NCBI GenBank assembly: GCA_030390025.1
Contig: CM059431.1
Location: 96,660,001 to 96,724,000 of the forward strand
Source of the DNA: Squalus acanthias
Taxonomy: Eukaryota
Reading direction: 5' to 3'
DNA length: 64,000 nt
In this document: piece by piece, positions 26,594 to 37,167 of the stretch
How positions within the stretch are numbered: position 1 is the stretch's first letter
Layout: each line of letters begins with the position of its first letter
Position numbers and translations under genes: made by a program
Notes under the pieces: generated by a model
Seen by the model: the letters and a program-made list of their open reading frames with translations, nothing else
Database searches by the model: none
What the model was told of the DNA's origin: nothing

Positions 26594-27086
26594 GGAACAG
26601 CAGCTCATCTTCCGATTAGGCACTTTACAGCCTTCCGGACTCAATATCGAGTTCAACAATTTCAGATCATAACCTCGGCCCCTACCATATATATATATTT
26701 TTTTTATCCACACTTTTGGTTTGTGCCTTTTCCCTTTTTTTTTCTCTCTCCCACATGGCAGCTGTCTTTCATTCTGCCAGCGCATATCACACTTCTAGAG
26801 CCATCTTTTGTTTCTTAACCTGTCCTATTACCATCTCGTCTCACCTTGAGTATCTCTTAATGTCTCTACTTCTCACAGACCTCCCCATTTGTTCTTTTAT
26901 TCCCTCCCCCAGCCTCCAAACTTGCTTTTTCATCTCCTGCTTTTTTCTCATTTCGGACGAAGGGTCTTCGACCTGAAACGTTAACTCTGTTTCTCTCTCC
27001 ACGGATGTTGCCTGGCCTGCTGAGTTTTTCCAGCGCTTTCTGTTGTTATTTCAGTTTTTCAGCATCCGCAGTATTTTGCAATTGTA
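26594..27086 (+). mobile_element. Penelope family A 3' fragment
   Basis: EEQQLIFRLGTLQPSGLNIEFNNFRS stop; 13-bp TSD TTGTGGTAAATGA at 26581-26593 and 27087-27099; decayed hammerhead (CGGACGA...GAAACGTT) at about 26951-26986. Confidence 0.9.
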
Positions 27087-28138
27087 TTGTGGTAAATGAC
27101 TGTTTGTCAGACTGGAGGATGGTAGACAGTGGTGTTCCCCAAGGGTCAGTGCTGGGGCCACTGCTTTTTGTGATATATATATATATAATGACCTGGATAT
27201 TGGAATACAGAGTAGAATTTCTAATTTTGCCGATGACACCAAACTTGGGGGTGTGGCAAACAGAGAGGATGATACCAATCGACTGCAGCAGGACATAGAA
27301 AGGCTAGCAGAATGGGCAGACAAGTGGCAGATGGAATTTAATACAGAGAAGTGTGAGGTGATGCATTTTGGCAGAAGGAACAGGGAGAGGCAATATACAC
27401 TTAATGGCACAGTTTTAAAAAGTGTGCAGGGACAGAGGGACCTGGGAGTTAATGTGCATAGGTCCCTGAAGGTGGCGGGACATATTGAGAGAGTGGTTAG
27501 CAAAGCATATTGGATCTTGGGCTTCATAAATAGAGGTATTGAGTACAAAAGTAGAGAAATTATGCTGAACCTTTATAAAGCGCTGGTTAGGCCACAACTG
27601 GAGTATTGCGCCCAGTTCTGGTCACCACACTTTAGGAAGGATGTGAAGGCCCTTGACAGGGTGCAGAGGAGATTTACCAGAATGGTTCTGGGGATGGGGG
27701 ATCTTAGCTACAAGGACAGGTTGGAGAAGCTGGATTTGTTTTCATTAGAGCAAAGGAGGTTGAGGGGGGATTTGATAGAGGTGTACAAGATTATGACGGG
27801 TTTGGATAGGCTAGACGGAAAAAGGTTGTTCCCACTAGTTGATGGTATGAGGACTAGGGATACAGATTTAAGGTTTTGGGCAAGAGATACAGGGGAGATG
27901 GGATGGAAAACTTTTTTACGCAGTGAGTGGTGAGGACCTGGAACTCGTTGCTGACGGAAGTGGTGGAAACGGAGACACTCAATGTTTTCAAGGGGAGACT
28001 GGATAGGCACTTGAGGGAAATAAACTTGCAGGGCTACGGGAATAGAGCGGGGGAATGGGACTGACTGGATTGCTCTACAGAGAGCCGGCACGGACTCAAT
28101 GGGCCGAATGGCCTCCTTCTGTGCCATTATGACTCTTT

Positions 28139-28256
28139 AACCTGTCTGAATATCTCATGTGGCTCGGTGTCAAACTTTGTTTGATTACACACCTGTGAAG
28201 CGCCTTGGGACATTTTACTGCGTTAAAGGCGCTATATAAATGCAAGTTTTTGTTGG
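28139..28256 (+). mobile_element. L2-type 3' tail
   Basis: TGTGAAGCGCCTTGGGAC...GGCGCTATATAAATGCAAG, like 25740-25808. Confidence 0.75.
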
Positions 28257-28440
28257 ATACTGGACTGATCTTCGTGCTAAGAGTTGGTGAAGTGTCCTGT
28301 CATTTACATTATTTTTGTATCTTTGGAGGTCGAGATTAAACATTTTGTATTCAAGTGAAATCCGTTGTTTAGTTTTCCACTTCTGACAATATATATCTTA
28401 CATTGAATAAACCGGATTTATATTTTATAGCCCAAGTCAC

Positions 28441-28616
28441 CTGTTCTGATGGCGAGTTTATTCTTCTGCTGTGCAAAAAGTCAACACAATCGATCTCGTG
28501 TCCATTGAAAGAGTAACAGTAAGCAGGGTTTCTATAACACCTCATGACAAGATACTGTGTGTACACAAAGTCATACTTGGGTCGTGGGGACGAGAGATCT
28601 CTTACAGGAGAAATAC
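28441..28616 (-). CDS. Candidate internal exon of an unidentified host gene
   Basis: Non-repetitive; acceptor ttttaatattccatcAG, donor cag|GTGACT; open frame ISPVRDLSSPRPKYDFVYTQYLVMRCYRNPAYCYSFNGHEIDCVDFLHSRRINSPSEQ. Confidence 0.35.
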
Positions 28617-29267
28617 CTGATGGAATATTAAAAACTACACAAGACCTCCTCAGGTCATTTGCATTTCAAACGTGTTTTGTTACTTTACATCTGTGAGAGT
28701 ATCATAGTTTATACTGCAAAAGATATTTAGTGTTTCTTCAGATTTATGTGTCGAGTTTTTCACAGTTTCGAGATGGTCAAAGATCCCACAAAAGGCCTTT
28801 GAGGCGCTGAGGTTTCAGTTCTGTGCCGAGCATTCTGCTTGCTGTAGTGCATACTGCTTCTTCACACCAAATTGGAACTGATTAAAGAAAAAAGACTTCA
28901 TCCATTATTTAGAGTAGAATGTGATGCAGCTGCTGAGTGATGTGAAACTCACTTAAACCAACAGCAGGAACAGCAATAAAAAAGCAAATTACCGTTTGGC
29001 ATCAAGAGCTCATCCTGAACCATCCCATTTACTACAATCGCCAGTAATTGGCAAAGGCAGCAGGCATGACGTGTGAATGTTGGAGAGAAGGGAGCTCCGA
29101 CTCAATGATCAATGGTATCTGTTGCACGCAGGTAAGTGGAAATGGCACTCATTCCCTCTCCACTTACCTCAATGCAATAAATATCATTCATCAACAGCTT
29201 GAGACATGGCTCCTCTGAGCTTTGTTTTATAGCAGAATTGGGCGGAGAGAGAGTCAGGGCTCTTGGT

Positions 29268-29432
29268 GGGAGTGCAGCGAAGGTTCACTAGACTGGTTCC
29301 TGGGATGGGGGGATTGTCCTATGAGGAGAGATTGAGTAGACTCGGCCTATATTCCTTAGAGTTTAGAAGAATAAGAGGTGATCTAATTGAAACATAAAAT
29401 TCTTAAGGGGCTTGACAGGGTTAATGCTGGGA
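29268..29432 (+). mobile_element. CR1 fragment A, left part (continues at 39283)
   Basis: GVQRRFTRLVPG...LDRVNAG; the expected next residues MFPLAGESRTRGH appear at 39283. Confidence 0.8.
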
Positions 29433-32400
29433 GCTGAATATCCAAGGATATTGGATATTTAGGAAGGACAGGCGAAAAGGAAAAGGAGGTGGGGTGGCCT
29501 TGTTAGTAAAGGATGAAATCAGGGCAATAGTGAGAAAGGATATTGGCTCAGAAAATCAAGATGTAGAATCAGTCTGGGTGGAGCTAAGAAGCACCAAGGG
29601 GCAGAAAACATTGGTGGGAGTTGTCTATAGGCCTCCAAACAGTATTGGTAATGTAGGGGATGGCATCAAACAGGAAATTAGAGATGCATGTAACAAGGGT
29701 ACTACAGTAATCATGGGTGACTTTAATCTACATATAGACTGGCCAAACCAAATTAGCAATAATACTGTGGAGGATGAATTCCTGGAGTGTGTACGAGATG
29801 GTTTTTTAGAGCAGTACGTTGAGGAGCCAACTAGGAAACAGGCTATCCTAGACTGGGTATTGTGCAATGAGAAGGGGTTAATTAATAATCTTGTTGTGCA
29901 GGGTCCTTCAGGGAAGAGTGACCATAACATGATAGAATTCTTCATTAAAATGGAAAGTGAAGAAGTCCAATCCGAAACTAGGGTCCTAAATCTAAAGAAA
30001 GGAAACTACGATGGTATGAGGAGTGAGTTGGCTATGATAGATTGGGGAGCTTCATTAAAAGGTATGACGGTGGATAGACAATGGCTAACATTTAAGGAAC
30101 GAATGCATGAATTGCAACAGTTATACATTCCTTTCTGGCGCAAAAACACAAAAGGAAAAGCGGCCCAACTATGGCTAACAAAAGAAATTAAGGATAGTAT
30201 TAGATCCAAAGAGGAGTCATATAAAGTTGCTAGAAAAAGTAGCAAGCCTGAGGATTGGGAGCAGTTTAGAGTTCAGCAAAACAGGACCAAGAGATTGATT
30301 AAGAGGGGAAAAATAGAATATGAGAGTAAACTTGCAAGGAACATAAAAGCGGATTGTAAAAGCTTCTACAAGTATGTAAAAAGAAAAAGATTAGCGAAGA
30401 CAAATGTAGGTCCCTTACAGTCAAAAATGGGAGAATTCATAATGGGGAAGAAGGAAATGGCAGAGCAATTAAACAAATACTTTGGTTCTGTCTTCACGGA
30501 AGAGGACACAAATAACTTCCCAGAAATGCTAGGGAACCAAGGGTCTAGTGAGAATGAGGAATTAAAGGAAATTAGTATTAGTAAAAAAAAGTGCTGGAGA
30601 AATTAATGGGACTGAAAGCTGATAAATACCCAGGGCCTGATAATCTGCATCCCAGAATACTAAAAGAGGTAGCCATGGAAATAGTGGATGCATTGGTTGT
30701 CATCTTCCAAAATTCTATAGATTATGGAACTGTTCCTGCAGATTGGAGGGTGGCAAATGTAACCCCATTATTTAAAAAAGGAGGGAGAAAGAAAACAGGG
30801 AACTACAGACCGGTTAGCCTAACATCAGTACAGGAAACTCTTTATTAACCAGCACCGACGGGACCGGCGTGGTGCCGGTTAATCAAAAAGTCCGGATAAC
30901 GGAGAGTTATATCTCCCAACGTACGAGAGCCCCGTACACACTGACATGCGCCTGCATTCGGAGCTCCGTCTCCCCGGGGACCGCCAGCTGACCATCTGTC
31001 GTGTCCGCTGCCGACCCGGGCTGCACATTCCCCTCCCAATCTACACACTCCGATACAAGGCAAACACCTCGGGGTTTTTTTAAAAGTTATTTTTAAAGGA
31101 GAGATGAAGGAAAACCCCGGTTACCTACTCAAGAATTTTGCCAGTTAAGAGAGATTTCCGGTTATTTGGGTGCCGGTTAAAAGAGAGTTTCCTGTAGTAG
31201 GGAAAATGCTAGAGTCTATTATAAAGGATGTGATAACAGCACACTTGGAGAATATCAACGGGATTAGACAAAGTCAACATAGATTTATGAAAGGGAAATC
31301 ATGTTTGACAAACTTACTGGAGTTTTTTGAGGATGTAACTGGTAGAATAGATAAGGGAAAACCAGTGGATGTTGTGTATTTGGATTTTCAGAAGTCATTT
31401 GATAAAGTCCCACATAAGAGGTTAGTGTGCAAAATTAAAGCACATGGAATTGGGGGTAATATACTGGCATGGATTGAAAATTGGTTAACAGACAGGAAAC
31501 AGAGAGCAGGAATAAATGGGTCTTTTTCGGGGTAGCAGGCGGTGACTAGTGGGGTACCGCAGGGATCAGTGCTTGGGCCCCAGCTATTCACAATATATAT
31601 CAATGATTTGGATGAGGGAACCAAATGTAATATTTCCAAGTTTGTTGACGACACGAAACTAGGTGGGATTGTGAGTTGTGAGGAGGATGCAAAGAGGCTT
31701 CAAGGCGATTTAGACAAGTTGAGTGAGTGGGCAAATACATGGCAGATGCAGTATAATGTGGATAAATGTGGAGTTATCCACTTCGGTAGGAAAAACAGAA
31801 AGGTAGAGTATTATTTAAATGGTGATAGATTGGGAAATGTTGATGTACAAAGGGACCTGGTGTCCTTGTACACCAGTCACTGAAAGCAAACATGCAGGTG
31901 CAGCAAGCAGTTAGGAAGGCAAATGGTATGTTGGCCTTCATTGCAAGAGGATTTGAGTACAGGAGCAAGGATGTCTTACTACAGTTGTACAGGGCCTTGG
32001 TGAGACCACACCTGGAGTACTATGTGCAGTTTTGGTCTCCTTACCTAAGGAAAGATATACTTGCCATAGAGGGAGTGCAGCGAAGGTTCACCAGACTGAT
32101 TCCTGGGATGGCAGGACTGTCGTATGAGGAGAGATTGGGTCGACTAGGCCTGTATTCACTAGCGTTTAGAAGAATGAGAGGGGAGCTCATTGAAAGGTAT
32201 AAAATTCTGACAGGGCTAGACAGACTGGATGCAGGGAGGATGTTTCCCCTGGCTGGGGGGTCTAGAGCGAGGGGTCACAGTCTCAGGGTACGGGGTAGGA
32301 CATTTAGGACTGAGATGAAGAGAAATTCCTTCACTCAGAGGGTGGTGAACCTGTGGAATTCTCTACCACAGAAGGCTGTGGAGGCCAAGTCACTGAATAT

Positions 32401-32476
32401 ATTTAAGAAGGAGATAGATAGATTTCTAGACACAAAAGGCATCAAGGGGTATGGGGAGAGAGCGGGAATATGGTTG
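29425..32476 (+). mobile_element. CR1 LINE B (EN+RT), close sister of 1690-4602, missing its terminal tail
   Basis: ORFs 29494-32488 nearly identical to 1978-4306; interrupted by a MITE. Confidence 0.95.
30831..31194. mobile_element. Tc1/mariner-superfamily (pogo/Tigger-like) MITE, 364 bp
   Basis: About 26-bp TIRs CAGGAAACTCTTTATTAACCAGCACC / GGTGCCGGTTAAAAGAGAGTTTCCTG; TA duplication; empty site in the sister CR1 at 3301-3320. Confidence 0.93.
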
Positions 32477-33596
32477 GGAAGGATTTAATCTAGTTTGTCA
32501 GGGGGCTGGGAACCTAAGTGTGGGCCCAGAACAGAGAGAAACAAAGCTGGAACTGAAAGTTAGAAAAGTAGTCAGCAAAACTAGTAGGGAGCAGAAACAA
32601 AGGCCAACAGTAAAGAGGGTCAAAGTGCAGATAAATATTAAACAGGCAAAGTTGAAGGCACTTTATCTAAATGCACGTAGCAGTCGCAACAAGGTGGATG
32701 AATTAATGGCACAAATAGAAGTAAATGGGTATGATGTAATTGCCATTACAGAGACATGGTTGCAGGGTAACCAAAGCTAGGAACTGAATGTTCCAGGGTA
32801 CTCAACATTTAGGAAGTACAGACAAAAAGGAAAAGGAGGTGGCGTAGCGCTGTTAATAAGGGATGAGATCGGTACGGTAGAGTTAAAAGATCTTGGCTTG
32901 GCAGATCGTGATGTAGAACTGGAATCAGTTTGGGTGGAGCTAAGAAACAGCAAAGGGCGGAAAACATTGGTGGGAGTTGTGTATAGGCCACCAAACAGTA
33001 GTGGTAATGTAGGGCACAGTATCAATCAAAAAATTAGAAGTGCATGTAACAAGGGCAATACGGTAATCATGGGGGACTTTAATCTACATATTGACTGGGC
33101 AAATCAAATTACCACTAATGGTGTGGAGGACGAATTCTTGGAAGCATGCGAGATGGTTTCCTGGATCAGTATGTGGAGGAACCAACCAGGGAACAGGCTA
33201 TTCTGGATCTGGTACTGTGTAATGAGAAAGGGCTAATCAATAATCTTGTGGTAAAGGGGCCTTTAGGAACAAGTGACCATAATATGATTGAATTTTATAT
33301 TAAGTTTGAGAGTGATGTAGTCCAATCTGAAACTAAGGTCTTCAATCTAAAAGGAGGAAACTACAAGGGTATGAGGGATAAGTTGGCCATGGTAGATTGG
33401 GAGACTACACTAAAAGGTATGAAGGTGGACATACAATGGCTAACATTCAAGGAAATAATGCATAATTTGCAACAAACATATATTCCTCTAGGGCATAAAA
33501 ACCCAAAAGGAAAAGTGATCCAACCATGGCTAACAAAATAAATTAAAGTGAGAAGTCGCACAACACCAGGTTATAGTCCAACAGTTTTATTTGAAA

Positions 33597-33634
33597 TCAC
33601 AAGCTTTCGGAGCGGCTGCTCCTTCGTCAGGTGA
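33597..33634 (-). ncRNA. Hammerhead ribozyme motif, left arm
   Basis: Reverse complement of 37130-37167. Confidence 0.88.
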
Positions 33635-33951
33635 AGTAAAGGAATACAAATCGACAAAGCATATATAGATAGAGAACAATGCATGTGTAACGTACAATGG
33701 CAGACGACTACATTTAATCCTCCTGACTGTTTATCTGCCGAGGTGTGACAAAAGGCAATCAGGTCAGCCAGGAAGGCACCACATCAAAGACATAGCAAGA
33801 TACAACTGAGACAATGAGGTGGGGTTACAGGGGGTCTAATGTGTCAAAAGCTGCAGTCTGTATGGAAAACGATAAACTTTAAAATTTTTACTTTTTTTTT
33901 CTGCAAATCACATCTGTGAACAAGCCAACGACGACTCGAGTCTGGATGACT

Positions 33952-35322
33952 CTACGTCATGTATCGTGACATGAACCCAAGATCCCGGTTGAGGCCGTCC
34001 TCATGAGTGCGGAACTTGGCTATCAGTTTCTGCTCGATGATTTTACGTTGTCGTGTGTCTCTAAGGCCGCCTTGGAGAACGCTTACCCGCAGATCCGAGG
34101 CTGAATGTCCTTGACTGCTGAAGTGTTCCCCGACTGGGAGGTAACAATCCTGCCTGGCGATTGTTGCGCGGTGTCCATTCATACGTTGTCGCAGTGTCTG
34201 CATGGTCTCGCCGATGTACCATGCTCCGGGGCATCCTTTCCTGCAACGTATGAGGTAGACAACGTTGGCCGAGTCACATGAGTATGTACCATGTACCTGG
34301 TGGGTAGTGTCCTCACGTGTGATGATGGTATCTGTGTTGATGATCTGGCATGTCTTGCAGAGGTTGCCGTGGCAGGGTTGTGTGGTGTCGTGGTCGCTGT
34401 TATCCTGAAAGCTGGGTAATTTGCTGCGAACGATGGTACTTCTGAGGTTTGGCGGCTGTTTGAAGGCAAGTAGTGGAGATGTGGGGATGGCCTTAGCGAG
34501 GTGTTCGTCGTCATCGATGACATGTTGAAGGCTGCGAAGAACATGGCGTAGTTTCTCCGCTCCGGGGAAGTACTGGACGACGTAGGGTACCCTGTTGGTT
34601 GTGTCCCGTGTTTGCCTTCTGAGGAGGTCTATGCGATTTTTCGCTGTGGCCCGTCGGAACTGTCGATCGATGAGTCGAGCGTCATATCCCGTTCTTACGA
34701 GGGCGTTTTTCAGCGTCCGTGGGTGTCCATCGCGTTCCTCCTCGTCTGAGCAGATCCTGTGTATTCGCAGGGCTTGTCCATAGGGGATGGCTTCTTTAAC
34801 GTGGTTAGGGTGGAAGCTGGAGAAGTGGAGCATCGTGAGGTTGTCCGTGGGCTTGCGGTAGAGTGAAGTGCTGAGGTGTCCGTCTTTGATGGAGATTCGT
34901 GTGTCCAGGAATGAAACCGATTCTGAGGAGTAGTCCATGGTGAGTTTGATGGTGGGATGGAACTTGTTGATGTTATCGTGTAGTCTTTTCAGTGATCCTT
35001 CGCCGTGGGTCCAAAGGAAGAAAATGTCGTCGATGTATCTGGTGTACAGCGTTGGCTGGAGGTCCTGTGCAGCGAAGAAGTCTTGCTCGAACTTGTGCAT
35101 GAAGATGTTGGCGTATTGGGGTGCGAATTTGGTCCCCATGGCTGTTCCGTGTGTTTGGGTAAAAAAATGGTTGTCGAAGGTGAAGACATTGCGGTCAAGG
35201 ATGAAGCGGATGAGTTGTAGGATGGCGTCTGGAGATTGGCTGTTGTTGGTGTTGAGTACTGAGGCTGTCGCAGCGATGCCGTCATCGTGGGGGATACTGG
35301 TGTAGAGTGCCGATACGTCCAT
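33952..35322 (-). CDS. Penelope RT + GIY-YIG endonuclease, 5'-truncated, left arm
   Basis: 456 aa identical to the plus-arm ORF: MDVSALYTSI, GTAMG, RYIDD, VVYLIRC..WYIGET. Confidence 0.9.
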   Translation of the reverse strand: MDVSALYTSIPHDDGIAATASVLNTNNSQSPDAILQLIRFILDRNVFTFDNHFFTQTHGTAMGTKFAPQYANIFMHKFEQDFFAAQDLQPTLYTRYIDDIFFLWTHGEGSLKRLHDNINKFHPTIKLTMDYSSESVSFLDTRISIKDGHLSTSLYRKPTDNLTMLHFSSFHPNHVKEAIPYGQALRIHRICSDEEERDGHPRTLKNALVRTGYDARLIDRQFRRATAKNRIDLLRRQTRDTTNRVPYVVQYFPGAEKLRHVLRSLQHVIDDDEHLAKAIPTSPLLAFKQPPNLRSTIVRSKLPSFQDNSDHDTTQPCHGNLCKTCQIINTDTIITREDTTHQVHGTYSCDSANVVYLIRCRKGCPGAWYIGETMQTLRQRMNGHRATIARQDCYLPVGEHFSSQGHSASDLRVSVLQGGLRDTRQRKIIEQKLIAKFRTHEDGLNRDLGFMSRYMT

Positions 35323-35363
35323 CGTGGCGAGGAGTGTTCGTGGTTCAACTGGTCCGTGGGTGC

Positions 35364-36812
35364 TTCTGCCGCGACACCACAGACTTCTTACAGAAACTCA
35401 GCACCCACGGACCAGTTGAACCACGAACACTCCTCGCCACGATGGACGTATCGGCACTCTACACCAGTATCCCCCACGATGACGGCATCGCTGCGACAGC
35501 CTCAGTACTCAACACCAACAACAGCCAATCTCCAGACGCCATCCTACAACTCATCCGCTTCATCCTTGACCGCAATGTCTTCACCTTCGACAACCATTTT
35601 TTTACCCAAACACACGGAACAGCCATGGGGACCAAATTCGCACCCCAATACGCCAACATCTTCATGCACAAGTTCGAGCAAGACTTCTTCGCTGCACAGG
35701 ACCTCCAGCCAACGCTGTACACCAGATACATCGACGACATTTTCTTCCTTTGGACCCACGGCGAAGGATCACTGAAAAGACTACACGATAACATCAACAA
35801 GTTCCATCCCACCATCAAACTCACCATGGACTACTCCTCAGAATCGGTTTCATTCCTGGACACACGAATCTCCATCAAAGACGGACACCTCAGCACTTCA
35901 CTCTACCGCAAGCCCACGGACAACCTCACGATGCTCCACTTCTCCAGCTTCCACCCTAACCACGTTAAAGAAGCCATCCCCTATGGACAAGCCCTGCGAA
36001 TACACAGGATCTGCTCAGACGAGGAGGAACGCGATGGACACCCACGGACGCTGAAAAACGCCCTCGTAAGAACGGGATATGACGCTCGACTCATCGATCG
36101 ACAGTTCCGACGGGCCACAGCGAAAAATCGCATAGACCTCCTCAGAAGGCAAACACGGGACACAACCAACAGGGTACCCTACGTCGTCCAGTACTTCCCC
36201 GGAGCGGAGAAACTACGCCATGTTCTTCGCAGCCTTCAACATGTCATCGATGACGACGAACACCTCGCTAAGGCCATCCCCACATCTCCACTACTTGCCT
36301 TCAAACAGCCGCCAAACCTCAGAAGTACCATCGTTCGCAGCAAATTACCCAGCTTTCAGGATAACAGCGACCACGACACCACACAACCCTGCCACGGCAA
36401 CCTCTGCAAGACATGCCAGATCATCAACACAGATACCATCATCACACGTGAGGACACTACCCACCAGGTACATGGTACATACTCATGTGACTCGGCCAAC
36501 GTTGTCTACCTCATACGTTGCAGGAAAGGATGCCCCGGAGCATGGTACATCGGCGAGACCATGCAGACACTGCGACAACGTATGAATGGACACCGCGCAA
36601 CAATCGCCAGGCAGGATTGTTACCTCCCAGTCGGGGAACACTTCAGCAGTCAAGGACATTCAGCCTCGGATCTGCGGGTAAGCGTTCTCCAAGGCGGCCT
36701 TAGAGACACACGACAACGTAAAATCATCGAGCAGAAACTGATAGCCAAGTTCCGCACTCATGAGGACGGCCTCAACCGGGATCTTGGGTTCATGTCACGA
36801 TACATGACGTAG
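35364..36812 (+). CDS. Penelope RT + Cys-rich linker + GIY-YIG endonuclease, 5'-truncated, no stops
   Basis: FCRDTTDFL, DVSALYTSIP, GTAMG, YIDD, CHGNLCKTC linker (Neptune-like), YLIRC/YIGET, VGEHF, GLN. Confidence 0.92.
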   Translation, partial: FCRDTTDFLQKLSTHGPVEPRTLLATMDVSALYTSIPHDDGIAATASVLNTNNSQSPDAILQLIRFILDRNVFTFDNHFFTQTHGTAMGTKFAPQYANIFMHKFEQDFFAAQDLQPTLYTRYIDDIFFLWTHGEGSLKRLHDNINKFHPTIKLTMDYSSESVSFLDTRISIKDGHLSTSLYRKPTDNLTMLHFSSFHPNHVKEAIPYGQALRIHRICSDEEERDGHPRTLKNALVRTGYDARLIDRQFRRATAKNRIDLLRRQTRDTTNRVPYVVQYFPGAEKLRHVLRSLQHVIDDDEHLAKAIPTSPLLAFKQPPNLRSTIVRSKLPSFQDNSDHDTTQPCHGNLCKTCQIINTDTIITREDTTHQVHGTYSCDSANVVYLIRCRKGCPGAWYIGETMQTLRQRMNGHRATIARQDCYLPVGEHFSSQGHSASDLRVSVLQGGLRDTRQRKIIEQKLIAKFRTHEDGLNRDLGFMSRYMT

Positions 36813-37129
36813 AGTCATCCAGACTCGAGTCGTCGTTGGCTTGTTCACAGATGTGATTTGCAGAAAAAAAAAGTAAAAATTTTAAAGTTTATCGTTTTCC
36901 ATACAGACTGCAGCTTTTGACACATTAGACCCCCTGTAACCCCACCTCATTGTCTCAGTTGTATCTTGCTATGTCTTTGATGTGGTGCCTTCCTGGCTGA
37001 CCTGATTGCCTTTTGTCACACCTCGGCAGATAAACAGTCAGGAGGATTAAATGTAGTCGTCTGCCATTGTACGTTACACATGCATTGTTCTCTATCTATA
37101 TATGCTTTGTCGATTTGTATTCCTTTACT

Positions 37130-37167
37130 TCACCTGACGAAGGAGCAGCCGCTCCGAAAGCTTGTGA
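37130..37167 (+). ncRNA. Hammerhead ribozyme motif, right arm
   Basis: TCAC-CTGACGA-A-GGAGCagccGCTCC-GAAA-GCTT-GTGA; AATAAA follows at 37173. Confidence 0.88.

Larger units (their letters stand above)
25810..28135 (+). mobile_element. CR1 LINE fragment carrying two Penelope insertions
   Basis: ORFs 25813, 26235 and 27253 with CR1 RT and C-terminal motifs; 3' UTR to about 28135. Confidence 0.93.

Noticed and set aside
1910..32476. Segmental duplication between 1.9-4.5 kb and 29.4-32.5 kb
   Set aside because: Similarity stops at the CR1 boundaries; these are independent copies of one subfamily
35307..35363. N-terminus of the 501-aa Penelope ORF
   Set aside because: These codons come from the antisense left arm; the ORF is 5'-truncated, not a complete gene
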